Source: Callorhinchus milii
Taxonomy: Eukaryota
Direction: 5' to 3'
Assembly: GCF_018977255.1 (NCBI RefSeq)
Contig: NW_024705368.1
Coordinates: forward strand, 1-51,355
DNA length: 51,355 bases
The notes below the pieces were generated by a model. That model was not told the origin of the DNA. It saw nothing but the letters and a program-made list of their open reading frames with translations, and searched no databases. Made by a program: the position numbers and the translations under genes. This document shows positions 38,370-51,355 of the stretch, one piece after another. The stretch's first letter is position 1. Each line of letters starts with the position of its first letter.

Positions 38370-38631
38370 AGGTGGCACTTCGCCTCTGGACCTCTGGACA
38401 CTTGACTCGCTTGAAAGGTTGCCAGTTCAATCCTGGTCAGGGGTTGACTCGGCCCATCATCACTCGTGGTCGATACAGTGAGTGACACTTTGTCGAAGCC
38501 GCGAAAATGTGGGATTTCTGCTACCGACTCAAAACCACCGAGACGAGCAATGGCTCTGCTCCTTGGAGCCAGGGAGACTGTTTAACAAGACTTCACATAA
38601 ATAAATCTGTCCTTCATTCATCATTCATTCA
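38370..38631 (+). mobile_element. tRNA-derived SINE with (CATT)n-type tail
   Basis: B box GTTCAATCC, core GGGTTGACTCGGCCCATCATC...GGTCGATA...TGAGT, tail TTCATTCATCATTCATTCA. A related inverted copy lies at ~46790-46900. Confidence 0.55.
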
Positions 38632-39009
38632 CCTCTGATTGGATTTTTTAAAATATATATAATACGTTCTAACTGGAAAAAAATAAGCTATAAAATGCTT
38701 TAGTGTGATTAATAAAACATTGCAAGCAGCCATGCTCTTGGGGAGGTAAAGGCAATGTTGTGATAATGACGATGTGTTGATTTGGCAAGGACATTGGAGC
38801 TGGGGAAGAAGCGCTTGGAGTTCGGGGGGAATCGAACCGTTAAGTTTCACTGGCAGGATCTCGTGTCGAATAAAACATGTAGCAAGAGCGAAGCGGTGGA
38901 TTTGCTTGGCACAAGACAACATCTGTGTAAAGTGTGCGTGTGGGCTGGTAAGCTGCCCTTCGCAGCGCCTATGTTTGTACAAGATAATTACGTGTCACCA
39001 GAATCAGTC

Positions 39010-39150
39010 TGGGTGGCGCTGTGGTTAGGATGGTTGATTCTCAAGCTGAAAGTTCCGAGTTCAAGTCGCGGTCGGGTGGAGAACGCGAGAGGTGGGTTGT
39101 CTACTTCGTTACACATTCTCCCAGGGTAAATAAAATAGGTACCACTTTGT
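39010..39150 (+). mobile_element. tRNA-derived SINE head/body
   Basis: A box TGGCGCTGTGG and B box GTTCAAGTC. A similar head occurs at ~47670-47730. Confidence 0.45.
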
Positions 39151-39507
39151 GGGTTGTCATAGGAATGTGGAATTTCCAGTTCCGGCTCAGGGCCACCAGG
39201 GCAGCTCAGGCGAGTCATGCCAATGTTGCTTTGAGCAGTGAGACATTTTGACTTCACTTTTTTATTTGAAGTAATATTGTTCTTAAACGTCCACATCTTC
39301 TGCACAATGAACAGTGATGGTATGGTTCTAAAACATAATTAACTTCTCGATGAACTAGTATCGTTGAATTTTACGTTAACATTTCTCTTAAAATATCACC
39401 CTCCTTAACCTTAAATTTTTCGACTACGTTGGCACAATTCCACAAGCGATTTTTTAAAATAAATAAACATACGTATTTCACAGTTTAAGCTTAACATGTA
39501 ATATGTA

Positions 39508-39679
39508 TATTCTATGGGTCTTTTGGTAAAGCCACGTAGATAGAAAAATAATACAAATATCACGACGTTTCGATCGCAACACAAGCAATCGTCTTGATAT
39601 TTTAATTATTTTTCTATCTATGGGGCTTTACCGAAAGACCCATACAATATGTATTCCTGTAGTCTTGAAAGCTTTAAAT
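39508..39679. mobile_element. Fold-back PLE remnant with a truncated hammerhead
   Basis: Inverted arms around minus-strand AGACGAUUGCUUGUGUUGCGAUCGAAACGUCGUG (CUG start lost). 12-bp flanking direct repeat ATGTAATATGTA (39496-39507, 39680-39691). Confidence 0.75.
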
Positions 39680-40249
39680 ATGTAATATGTACTGTGGCGT
39701 ATTTAAATTAATTCTGTCCGTCATGTATTACAAATACTGCATGTGCAGTCAAGTAATTATGTGTTTTGTCAGTGGCTTCATTTAAATAATATCCCATCGC
39801 TCAGAGCCTGCAGAGAAATCTTGCGACTCGCACCACACAGAAGCATCCCCTCCCCCCATGCCCTAGAGCTTCGGTGGAGGCAAAACTAAATTAAACAGTT
39901 TCCAAACTTTTCACAATGGTGGCAGAACATTTGGGGTTTTTTAATAACTTTTGGAATCCTTCGTTTTAATTACTTCTCCAACAGAAGTGCGCCTGTTGGT
40001 TCATTACTCTGGGAGCTGCCGCTAATCCCCATGTGGTTTGACGAAGTCTGTTTTCACACAACGTCAACGCCTCAACGCTTACACCTGCGCATAGAGCCCC
40101 AATTCCCCTGAATAGATGCATAAGTATACGCAGTGGGCCGTATATTGTAAATATGCATACACACACATGTGCACATGGGGAAAGGATAGGTATCCACAAC
40201 CTGACCACCCAGGTAACAAAAAAAGTTCATCAAGGTTGGGCCAGGCCAA

Positions 40250-40438
40250 GGTGGCTTTGTGGCCCAAGGGAATGAAGTCGATGTTGGTGTAGAGTGTGAA
40301 ACCATCGCAGGTTTTCGGTTCATGCCCCGAGCCGCCACAGGTGGTAAAAGTGGTCTCGTTCAGCGTGTTCAATGTTTCGGCTTGCTCACCGGTGATTTCA
40401 AATAACTCCGTCATATGTAATTGGAAGAAAAAAAACAG
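40250..40438 (+). mobile_element. Possible short SINE
   Basis: A-box-like TGGCCCAAGGG, B-box-like GGTTCATGCCC and an A-rich end. Single copy in the window. Confidence 0.3.
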
Positions 40439-41988
40439 AACAAGTTTCAGTTTCGGGTTACTCTAACCGTACACGAGTGTGTTCATTATAATGAATCACG
40501 AATAGGAATGAATCGAGGAGTGTGGGAGTATCATGGCTCATGTCCGTGTCCCGAGAGACAGAAGCCGGCACTGCCCTGGATCCGGTCTGGGCCGACACCC
40601 ATGACGACTCCATCAGGGAGTCGAGAGTGGCATGTTGTTGGAAAAAAAAACAGGCTGCATTAACAAAAAAACTCACCTTCCGAGCTATTTGACTTTTCAA
40701 TTCGGCATATTCCGGGTTTAAATTGGATATGGAACAGCTTTCAGAACATTTGCTGTACATTGTGTCGTATGTAAAATGGACCTATTTAATGACTTGTTGA
40801 GTAGGTCATCCTATTTTCGAGAGGCCAGCAATACGTGTCAACCCTTCATCAGCGCCTACCTAATTACAGGCCAATTCAAACCGTATTGGTCACCCCGTTC
40901 CCTTATAAATCTCAACGTTCATCCGACAAAGCCCTATTGAAACGGCTGTGCACCGCATGGACCTAAAAACTTAATTTTCCTGTGCAAGAATATGGGTAAC
41001 CCATATAAGTTGACAAGTATGGGCCAGTCTAACATGATTCAATGCATCGCCGATTGTGAAGGTTCTGAATAGTGTATTCAGGTTAAGATCTAATGCTAGT
41101 CTCATTTGTTTGACTTGAAGAATATATACATAACCTATATTATAGGAATAGAATAATGTCATGAAGCAATGCTATCTTCAGCAGCGTCAAGTGATAAGTT
41201 CGAGCACTTTGTCAAACCCTAGCCGAACGAAGGACTCCCCACGCTGTGTCGGTAACGGGCGTTGTCGTTTGACCATACTGCACCATGCTGGTCCAATGCA
41301 AGTTGGTGGACGACAGGGTGGATAGGGGTATTGGCGGTGGCGGGTGTGCGACCATCACAACTATCACTCGCCCACCGATGTTAACCACGGTGGGGAATTG
41401 AACTTGGGCGACGGGGTTTCCATCGCGCAGTCGCACCGCCGCTCCGCGTTTGTGTGGCAGCGCAAGAGGTTTAAGCGAGCGTGGTTATCGAAGTGAGGGC
41501 ATACAGCAGTGACTTGCTTCGATATGCACCTGGTGGGGGTTTTCTCAGCTGCGCTTAGCAAGGTGTGCAAGTTTCAGGATATTGCAAACGTGTTTAATAA
41601 TGCGTAATGGTAGAATTGCAGTGTCACGTTTCTGGAGCTGAATGACACCTTTGTGTTCGTAAATGTTTTTAAATTAATTACAGTCTTATTTTATTATTTT
41701 ACAATTTTGCCAAATGGACAGTGAAATTGAATACATAAAATAGTTTAGTACATTGGCTGAAGAGTAATTCACGTACTGATTTTTTTATGGTGAGACTAAA
41801 TTTTTTGTCAAGGCATTAACCCATTTTTTATTTATATGAATTGGCTTTAAACCATTGCAATGTGCATGAGGTCTCTGCCGCAGACTTGCTACAGTGGCAG
41901 GATGGTGCAGTTGAAATGCTTGCGCATCGCATCATGAAGGGCCTGGATTTGATTCCTAGCTTGAGCACCTTTCTTCGTCAAGCTTGTA

Positions 41989-42276
41989 TGGACACCAGGG
42001 TGGCGTGATGTTAACTACCTCGCCTTGTATACAGGAGGTCGTGGGTTCGATACCGACCCTGACGATGCCTGTATATTTGGAGTTTGCGTGTTTTCCCATG
42101 GTCATGTGGATTTTTTCCGGATCCTCCGTTTTTCCCTCCACATTTAGAGTCGTGCTTTTAGAATAATTGGCTGCGATAAATGTCCACGCTATCATTTGTG
42201 GTCAGGTCGCTTCTGAAAAGGAGTTATATACCGTAGCTCAGTGGGCCTTACCTGGTAAAATAAAAAAAAATATATA
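41989..42276 (+). mobile_element. V-SINE-like element
   Basis: B box GGTTCGATACC, V-like core, and the same tail as 30904-31207. Confidence 0.8.
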
Positions 42277-43644
42277 GTTTTGTTTGTAATTTGTTCTCCC
42301 CTGTTCTGCGTGAGTTTTCTCCAGGTTTGCCAGTCTCCTGCAATGGGTTAAACATTCCACACAATGGCATTGGTGTGTGCCCAACATCCCAATGTAGCAG
42401 AGTGCTCCGGTTTCATCCCAAATGTACAATAAACACTCTCGAACTGGCCGAAACATCTTAATACATAGAGAACTGCAGAGCAATTGTTGGTGCTGGCTCA
42501 CCACTGGCAGCCTTCCGCTGGTCTGTGGTTCCTCAGCGATTGTGAATGATTCGGAACCCACCTTGAAAAATATCTTCGGCCTGAGTTGCTTTCTTGGGTA
42601 AGGAAGTAATTATTTCCGAATACTCTGCGCTTTTCTCTTGCGAACATTGATAAAGTGAGTGTTCGATAACAACAGCTTAATCTCCTTTAACTTTGGATTT
42701 TTATCGTATTATATCACATTAGGCTGTCAGTGATGCCGTGAGGTGAATAATCTGTTTGGCGTTGCTTCAGTCAGCAGGGCAACGTGTGTTGGAAGGACCT
42801 GGGAAACAAAAGCACAGAAAGATCTCTTCACATCAGTAACCATCTATTCTCCCAAAGCTCGAAGACTGTGCTCTGTGAATAACGTTTGCTGCTTTTCATC
42901 CTTCACAGCAAATGTCTTTTAAAATTGTGTCATTCGGAGCTGTGCTTTAACGAATGACACGAAAAAAAAACTCATGTCTATTATGTTCGATGTTTATCAT
43001 TGGCAATGAAGATCCAATGTAAAATTGTGCGATTTACACTTACATTAACGACAGATGATTTGGATAACATTGAATGCTTAAAAAAAGGTGAAGTCCGTTG
43101 TCAATGCTCAAACAGGTGTGGGTGGGGGTTCATTCCACGTTTTTATGTTGGGAACAGTTTCTTCGCAAGAACAAGCACTGTCCACTCCCACAATGATCAA
43201 CCACAAGAGAATAATAGGCTAACATGACTCCTTTTTTGGATTGCGAGTTTAGACCTCTGTCAGAGTGCCATCTGAAGATTGTGTTATTGGTAAGGCGTTC
43301 AATGTTAGTATCTAATCATTGTGTTGGTAAAAAAGTACATTACCAAATGCTGCTAAGATCTGGCCCCATAATTATCATCCTGAGGGGCTGAAGCAGAATG
43401 AAACATTCAGGCTTATGAGCCTGGGACAGAGGCAAGTATGCATGACCTCTGGCCTGCACGACTATTTCAATTATATTCCATTGAATTCAATTATGTAACT
43501 TAAGCTTTCCCTTCTGCATTTTTCTTCTTTTCAAGAAAACTTTTTTTCTCTCATTTGGTTGCATTTCTACTTGTGCACTCTCTCGGAGTCTTGTTAACAA
43601 AACACGTCTCTGGCATCAGCGCTGGGCACCAACCTGCAAAAGAT

Positions 43645-43810
43645 TGAGCTTCGAAAATGAAATCAAGTGACGACAGTGAAGTGCATCTTCTTGGTTCTTT
43701 CGGTAAAGTCACGTAGAAGGGAAGTAATACGATAATAAAAATAAAACATAATAAAATAATTCTCACGACGTTTCGGCCACAACGCAAGCAGCCGTCCTCA
43801 GGTGAAGAAC
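43645..43810 (-). mobile_element. PLE remnant, divergent subfamily
   Basis: Terminal motif TTGGTTCTTTCGGTAAAGTCACGTAG, AT-rich spacer and an intact hammerhead. Confidence 0.7.
43763..43805 (-). ncRNA. Minimal type I hammerhead ribozyme motif
   Basis: Minus strand: UCAC CUGAGGA C GGCUGC UUGCGUU GUGGCC GAAAC GUC^ GUGA. Stems I and II differ in sequence from the 4.2 kb copy but still pair. Confidence 0.8.
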
Positions 43811-45529
43811 AGGTCTGTCGAGAAGACAGAGTCTCACCCACATTGAGTGGTGCACACGTTCGTACGTCCTACGCAGAATGTTCATCAGGTGGCAATGAAC
43901 CAACACTTTCACTCCTCACAACTCCAACATGCCTGAATTTAGTGGAAAAAAACTCACGTGAAAACAAATATTTTTTCGTGCAGTCATCAGTGACCAGGCA
44001 GAGACCATCAAACTCGCTACACTTGAGGACTTAATTTAATCTCGGGTGGCTGCCCAGAGTTGAAGCTAAAGAACTCAGTGGTATTGTATCAGTAACGGCT
44101 CTGTGCTATGAAGTGGCATGAACTCCTGTTCTACAGTGACCAGTTGTACTTTTCACTTCAATTAAGTAACGAGCGCAGCGCGTTACCCGCATGATGCTGC
44201 ACTGGCAAGAGGAATGCACTGCCCTGCCCGCGTGGAATGGCGCGTCATTTTTGAAGATCAAAAGAGAACAAACACATTGTGAAGAGGAGGAGGAGGATTT
44301 GCGCGTGCATCGGTGAATAAAATGGCTTGTGGACTCTTGATCGCTGTTGTCAATATTTGTATTCCCAACAACCAATCTATTGTGGCCGCAACAAGTTAGG
44401 ACGGTGTTTTTTTTTAGTTTTGCGAAACCACAGGTCAAATGTTCGGCAACTGGAATATTTTTTTGTAATGCCTAGGAGAGCCTTGTTGAGTCTCAAGTTA
44501 CTATTTTTAAGGAGGGTCCTGCTCGGGTTGTTTGGCCAATTTAGTATTTTGTGCGTGAGGCCAAACAAAACCCCACACAGTTTGCAGGACAATCAAACTC
44601 TACACGGATCAATATCCTACTTTCTCTACTGTCTCCAGGCACATATCCTGGACAAGTAGGTGGCTTAATCGTACGTCGTGACTTCTTCTGTACGAGCCAA
44701 CAGCCCCCACCTCCTACGTTATAAATTGCAAGCAAATCCACCACCACCACCACAAACAGGTGCATTATATGTTCACACTAATTATTCGTGTCGTTGTGGA
44801 TTTTGCTTGCCTTGAAACAATGCTGCTGAAGTTACGCACTCCCGAAAGGCCGTACTGCTGATGAGTTGTGTAACAAATCCTTGTTTTATGTGGAGCGACA
44901 GATGCATATTTGCCCGCTTATTTATTTTGCATAAAATGTTGACCATTGTCTCTACACTGATACTTCTCTGTGAACAAGTCCATTACTCAAACCGTGCTAA
45001 GAGGGTTACACTTCGGGTTTTACTGTGCAAAGAAGCGTGCACGTGGAGACCTGAAGGCAACGATTTCCTCCGGAAAGCCTTCACAGACTGTTGGAGCAAG
45101 TGCTGTTAGCGAGCACCCAATGAAGGCCGGCACGGCACAAGCTCGCAATGGGACGATAGGCCGAGTTACACGTTTGTGTAAACTTAACAAAAGTAACCAG
45201 GGTCCTATGATAAATATTGTACGTATTTGCATAAATGAGCGCGGATGTACAAGTATTTCAAAAACCGGCGCGCAAATGAGCCACTTTCCTTTGTTTTTCT
45301 TTTAGAAGGCGAAGGGGTTGGGAGATTATTTGAAACTTTAATGTTTGTGGCATCCGAGGCCCAGCTTGTTGGATGTTAAAGCAATGTGCGGCGGTGCCCT
45401 TCCGACCCACACAGGTCACGCTACGCGTTAAGTGTGGCTGTCAAGTCAGCGGGCACCGCCATGCAGGGGCACGAGGTAAGAATGTAAGCAACGGGTGGGG
45501 GTACTGTGGGAGGTGTCGGGGGGGGGGAG

Positions 45530-45680
45530 AACGGCCCCGGCTTCTCCAAAGACAAAGATCCCCGTGTATCCTTTACGGACTTTTTGGACAAGTGAGATTG
45601 GCGAGCACCAATGAAGGCTCGCACCACGCCCGGCCGCCTTTGTCTCCCAGTGGCGATCTTTACACACCGCACCAGGTAAT
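45530..45680 (-). mobile_element. SINE family C fragment (another at ~45040-45140)
   Basis: Shares TTTGTCTCC(C)AGTGGCGAT.TTTACACACCGCACCAGGTA with 1911-1950, and its upstream part with 5585-5712. Confidence 0.6.
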
Positions 45681-47500
45681 GTGGTGTTTTCATTGATACT
45701 GTTGGGTGGACAAAGGTGGGAGGGGGAAAATTTAAGAAACTGGCCCTATTATTTCACTTCAGTGTGAAACAATGTGGCCAGTTTGAACTGGCATCCTCTG
45801 GTTATCAATTCCAGTGTGTTTATTCTGGATCAACAGATCTATATATGTCCGTCCAAAAAAGGACACAGAATGAGCATCTGTATTGTTTTTTTAAAAATAC
45901 AAAACCGTTGCAATAATTTATAAGTGTTGTTCTGTATGGTGACGTGGTGCTGGTGGTATCGAGCACTATCGTAAATCTGTTGGTTGCAAGTTAACATTTT
46001 CGCGAAGCATTGATGCGGTCAATTCATTCGGGGCGAATAAATTCAGCGCTACTTCGGGGAAGTCAACAATCGGTGGTTGTGCCCTGTGGACTGGTGTCCG
46101 TCGTTTGCCCGCGGGATATACGTTGCTGGCTGAGGGGTCGCCATCAGATGAGCGCCACACCAAGCCGTTTGCGAGTGCAGGTTCATTTGTGCAATGTTGT
46201 GTGGCTGATCAACTTTGTTGGTGGAAAATTGTTTTTGGCACACGCCGACAAGCCGGCAGAAATCTGAGTGAATTGGCCGTTGATCAGCCCATTATTGGTG
46301 AAAACTGCCTTTCCGCCAGCACGCGAATTGGACCGTAAATTTATGTTGCAGCTCATTTAATTTGATGTATGAATGTCAAGAGACTACGCACTTGAATTAA
46401 TAAAGTTCCTTTCCGTACAACCCAATGATCTACGCTTTGACATATGCCTGAGAATACATGTCCAATGTCATCACTACTTATAAGCTACTTGTAATTGAAA
46501 TATATCCCATGACATAATATATCACAAATCAGGACAATATAACGTAAGTATTAACAGGTGAATTCAGTAATGCTCACGTTAAGTACCATTGTCCCCGTGC
46601 TCAAATGAGCATTGGGACATTAGTCACCAGTGTTACAACCATTACCTTAATAATTCGTAATACTATTTACACGATCTAACACAAAACACCTTTGTTATGA
46701 GCCTACCTTTCAAACCATGACCACTCGCGATTATTCCACACTCCGATGGTGGAGGCAGCTCCATCCAGAGAAAAGCCGCTGTTCACTTCTTACAAAGTGG
46801 TACTCGTTGGTGGAACCCAGAGAGTATGATGGGCTGAGTCAACGCCAACCAGGATTTGAGTTTGCAACCTTTTGATTGTGAATTGAGCTTTCTGACACGG
46901 TGATGGAATTCCCAGTTATTGGGCAGTGTTAATTTAGAATTGTTTGTAACAAAAAGTGATTAGCCTTTTTAATAATGCACTTTTTGTAAAATATGCACCG
47001 CACATTCCTTACAGTTTGAAAAAAAAAGGGTAGTTCAAAAGGGTGAAGAAAAAAAACTTTCGGTGCATTCCTCCTAAGTGCAATGTTAATTTGATGTGCA
47101 AATATTGGTCGCTTTAAAGAAAAAATGGCGAGGGAAAAACCGTGTCCGAGTGAGGTGATGCAGCTTTCGGTGAGCTTTGTGGCCGAACTAGCCGGTTTTT
47201 AGCAGTGGGTACGAAGCAGTAAAAAATAAGGGGACGGGGGGGGGTTAAACAGATCCAGTGGTACATTGATTTAATCTCCACACTGACAGATGGCTCTCTG
47301 TGCTCTGGAAGGCCCCTTGGCAGGTCAGGGCAGAGCTGTGATCCTTAGCAGAGCTCAGCTTTGATGGCTACCAGAGGGGCCTCAAGCCAATGAATCCCTC
47401 GTGAGCGTTTGTCGCAAGAGACAAAACGCTCGCCGACAGTGGATGTTGCAGGTGCAACTGCCACTTCGAGATTGTCTCGCCGTGCATGGAGCTCGGTTAG

Positions 47501-47532
47501 GGTCGGTTTCTTGACTAAGGTCGGTTTCTTGA
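47501..47532 (+). repeat. Short tandem duplication (GGTCGGTTTCTTGA x2, period 18)
   Basis: Seen directly in the sequence. Confidence 0.8.
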
Positions 47533-48902
47533 TTTAGTGCAATAACAGAGGACCGCAATTGGATTCTCTGAATGATGTACAGTCTGTCTCATGCTGGGGC
47601 TCGCATATCATCCTGCTGTCGTAGTAGGAGCCTTTCGAGTAACTTTGTGTGCTCTCGTGTTTCTGTGTCTGGTGGCGTTGTGGATTGAGCACTTGACTCC
47701 CAAGCAGAAGGGTGCAATTGAAAATCTCCAATGGGTTGCAAATATGGTTATTATCCCTTAGGGGTTGATAATTTGAGTATCGCTTTTTGGAAAGTAAAAT
47801 AGGTTGGTCCGTTGGATAGTTCCAAGTGGGAGCCCAATGGAACTGCATGTATCTCTTACGAGGGTGACCTGTGTAAATACATGGCAACACCATAAATATG
47901 ACCTATTGATCGACTGGTAACTGGCGAATAAAATGTGGAATTTCCACCACTGGCTTAGCGCTGCCAATGGACATCAGCAGGGCAATGCCCCACACTCCAT
48001 TGAGCAGAAAAAATCACTTTGCCGTTTTGCATAATGACGCCATCAACTTTGATTAAAAAAATAAATTTTGGAATTAATCTTATATTTACTGATTTGAAAA
48101 GCTATGAAATGCAGTATTTGTTTGTGTTGTGAGTGCATTGTGCTACAATCCCAGACACACAGTTTGACCTCGTGAATATGGTGCACAACATCGGTCACAC
48201 TGGTATCTCATACCGATGCAGGCTTCTCCTGGTCACTTATTCATAAAACAGATCAATGATATTGTGGCCGGTGTCATGTGTGTACATCAACGCTGGAGAA
48301 GCTAAAACAGCCAAACGATGTGTTAATAGGCACTTGCTAATAACACTGGCCCCACCAAATCCTATAAAGGCGATGCTTGCGAGATACATACATTATCTGT
48401 GACAAGTCATTGCAGCACTGCACAATACCAATCGCAATATTTAAAACACCCATTTGGAGAGAAAAACAGCCTAAAACCTAAAATGCCATTAGCGCGAGTT
48501 ACGTCAGAGACACTCCAAGGCAATACATTACACTGACTGCTCATTCATTACGCGAGACATCCTGGTGTGTGTAATACGCCGAGCAGTCCCCATTAATGGG
48601 AATGGGAGCAAAAAAAACAAGGAGATAAATATCGGCGCTCTCGACAGCTGGCCGGTCTCGTCCGTGCGTGGGGAAGCCACGCACGGATCTTGGGAAAGGG
48701 GCCTGGGGTCAGGCCTGTGGTGGAGTCGCACTGTAAATCGTCCAAGTGAGCCGCGCTTGGAGGAGGTCCAAGAGCGAGGCCAGATGTAGTTTTCTGCGCA
48801 GTGCTGAGAGACTGACATGGCGGAAGGGCACCTCCTCCTGTAACCCCCCCCCACCCACTTACTCCTCCGTGTCCCATTGCACTACTCCGATATACTCACA
48901 GG

Positions 48903-49223
48903 GTTATTCTTTGGTTCTTTCGGTAAAGTCACGTATAAAGATAAAATAATAAATTAAATAATAGCATACTACGACGTTTCGATTGCAACACAAGCAATCA
49001 TCATCAGGTATAAAAGAAATATCAACAAAAATCTAACCAGAAAACTATAGACAGACATATAAGCAGACAGATATCACAAAGATACACAGAGAGAGAACAC
49101 GTATCGGCACAAAGAGAGAGGGATCGTCTCTGTGACGAGGCCTTAAATATGTTGTCTTTATACGTGACTTTACCGAAAGAACCAAAGAATAATTCCTGCA
49201 GTCACGAAAGCTCCAAAATTAAG
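48903..49223. mobile_element. PLE remnant with inverted ends, tail and TSD
   Basis: Inverted TTATTCTTTGGTTCTTTCGGTAAAGTCACGTATAAAGA ends and a ~30-nt unpaired tail. 11-bp TSD ATACTCACAGG (48892-48902, 49224-49234). Confidence 0.8.
48970..49010 (-). ncRNA. Minimal type I hammerhead ribozyme motif
   Basis: Minus strand: UAC CUGAUGA U GAUUGC UUGUGUU GCAAUC GAAAC GUC^ GUA. Confidence 0.75.
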
Positions 49224-49665
49224 ATACTCACAGGCCCACGCAAGGCTCCTGTGATATCCTGCCCCAGCTTAGGGGCTCCACCAGTATCGTAGGACCATGG
49301 ACAACAGTGTTGTGACCAACACTTAATGTGTACAATTGTATATTATTATAAAAAGGAAAGGTGCATCCCTGCGATTGCTTGCTCGAACCACCACTGCTGG
49401 CAGAAGTGTCTCCACTGGTCTACCCTTCTATGCTGGCCAGGCGTCTTTGTAAGAGGTGGAAGTGCCCACACTTCTCCCCAGTGCCGACCAACTGCACCAG
49501 CCGTGTGGGACCTCTCTCCCACGGCTCGTACGCATCATCCGAGCACCATCCACCTTCATGGAACATTTCTGGCCCGGTGCCTCCGAGTTGTCGTTCGTGA
49601 AATATGCGCGTGCTACGTTATTGTTTTTATTATGATACAATAACCAAAGTTTACCCACGATCAAA

Positions 49666-49961
49666 GGGTGTCAAGATGGAAAGTTGTTAATTACCTCGCC
49701 CTGGTATGCAGGAGCACGTGGGTTCAATCACAACGCTGATGCCTGTATATTTGGAGTTTGCATGTTTTCCCAGTGATTGCATGGCCTTTTCTTCGGGTTC
49801 TCCGGTTTTTCCCTCCACATTTGGAAACACGCTTTTAGAGTATTTGGCTGCGATACATTTCCACATTATAGACCACCTCGTTGAGCTGTCATTTGTGGCC
49901 AGGTTGCTTCTGAAAAAAGAACTTTGTCGCTCAGTGGGCCTTACCTGGTAAAATACAAATA
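49666..49961 (+). mobile_element. V-SINE-like element
   Basis: B box GGTTCAATCAC, V-like core and the shared tail GGGCCTTACCTGGTAAAATA. Confidence 0.8.
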
Positions 49962-51355
49962 GTTTCGTTTGAACGACAGTTGGGTGATGCTGATCTTCAG
50001 TCCCACACCTGAACTATCAATTGATAACACACACACATTGTTAAAATCACTTTAGTTATCAAAAAATGCACCCTTGAAGGACACAATCCAAATCTGCTCG
50101 AAGCACAAGCTCAGGGTTTTTATGTCTGGTTAACAACGGCAATTTTAGAATACTCATTTATGCTTATAAGGGTCTCTTGTCAATAGCCAAGCATCAAAGA
50201 GCCAGACCCGCATTGTAAATTAAATTATTAATAAATATTACATTTTCAAGGGTGACATACTCAAAGGCAACCAGCTCATAATCTACGTACACGATGAAAA
50301 TGTATCAATGTACTGGTGGTGTACAGTATACAGTGAAAGGAATGCTCTCTGATTAATCATACTCTGACACCTTCTTGGACTCATCAAGGTAGTCCCAGTG
50401 TCATCGTTTATTGAGCTTGCCTTCACTGATTCGCCCGCTCCATCCTTGCCACTCCCGCCTGTCTCTTCCCACTATCACGGCGTCGAAGCAGCCACTGCGG
50501 TTGCCCTTGAGAGCGTTGGGACGAGTGTTGTCTCGCTCGCTCGCAATGTGGCTGTTTCAGGAGTTGGTGGGCCACGCCACCTACACCGCGACCCCGCTCC
50601 CCCACACGCTCTGGCATCATCGCCCGGCCAAGATAAGGGCACATGGTGCTCGGGGCCAGCAGCTTGCAGTCATCGCCCAAGCGCGGATGGAGATTAAGTG
50701 ACGCACACGGAGCAATTTCTGCACTTTGTCAAGCGCGCGGCCCCCGCCACATGAAGACTAACTTGGTTGCACTTGGTGGTACATGCGGGGCAGCTACTGT
50801 CCCAGAGTGAATAATGACTGCAAAATACGATCCGATTCGTGTCTATAGAGAGTTAAAAAATGTAAGATTGACTACATCACCAAGACTCTATAAAACAAAA
50901 ATGGCGAGGAGCAGTTGCATGTCGGGAGCTAGAGGTGAGTGTTTAAGCCTCGCTTAAACAGCACTGTCGAACTCAACTGCCAGTTCTGTAAAGTGCAACT
51001 TTAAGAGCCCTGTGGCTTAGCAGTGCAAAGAACGCGGACATCTGTGTCTCCCATGCTCCCAACTGCTGAATAATCTTCCCGAAGGCACGTCAACTGAAAT
51101 GTTGACTGATATTTATCGCAGTCAAATCAGTCAGTTTAGTTGCATATCATATGCATGACCCATCTTTATATGCATTCAAAACACGAATTCATGATCCTGA
51201 GAAGTGTTAGATTTCAATACACGTTTTCCTACTGTAACATATTAAATAGTTTCTCATGTGTGTATCGTTTGTCTGTGTACTTATAAGATCCACTCAGCCC
51301 ATCATTTTGCTGTCGTCAATAAGATGTTCCATACTATTTTGTGGCAAACTACAGG

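Noticed and set aside
40671..41220. Strong minus-strand splice donor (AAG/GTGAGT at ~40676) and a CTGATGA..GAAA word pair at ~40815-40852
   Set aside because: No convincing exon or recognisable peptide upstream. The hammerhead-like words lack proper stems and a cleavage triplet.
42540..42830. Minus-strand acceptor-like tract and a TQAEDIF peptide
   Set aside because: Stops occur in all frames soon after the acceptor. The similarity to hAT transposases is too weak.
44831..44874. GAAA...CTGATGA inside a hairpin (type II hammerhead-like order)
   Set aside because: There is no room for stem I, and the stem II register does not fit the core.
50398..50701. GC-rich stretch with overlapping 85-99 aa ORFs
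   Set aside because: No recognisable protein motif or clear splice boundaries.

Overview
Eukaryotic, repeat-rich genomic DNA. The Osr protein, V-SINEs, hammerhead-bearing Penelope remnants, CpG richness and CA/TG tracts suggest a lamprey or other non-mammalian vertebrate (inference). The window has three parts. (1) 1-9221: the last coding exon (C2H2 fingers 4-5) and 3' region of an odd-skipped-related gene (Osr2-like), with an apparent 1-nt frameshift, followed by SINEs and microsatellites. (2) After a 30-N gap, about 19 kb (9252 to ~28465) looks like uniform random sequence. I saw no repeats, microsatellites, local SINE families or meaningful ORFs in it; it is most likely shuffled or synthetic or an artefact, and I found no biological system there. 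(3) ~28465-51355: non-coding DNA full of TE remnants. The most structured signal is a family of seven short Penelope-like insertions, four of them clear fold-backs with 8-12 bp TSDs. They carry minimal type I hammerhead ribozymes with covarying stems and a conserved terminal stem-loop. There is also an internally deleted hAT element with an 8-bp TSD and a probable solo LTR. I cannot support a wholly new system here; the notable elements belong to known classes.
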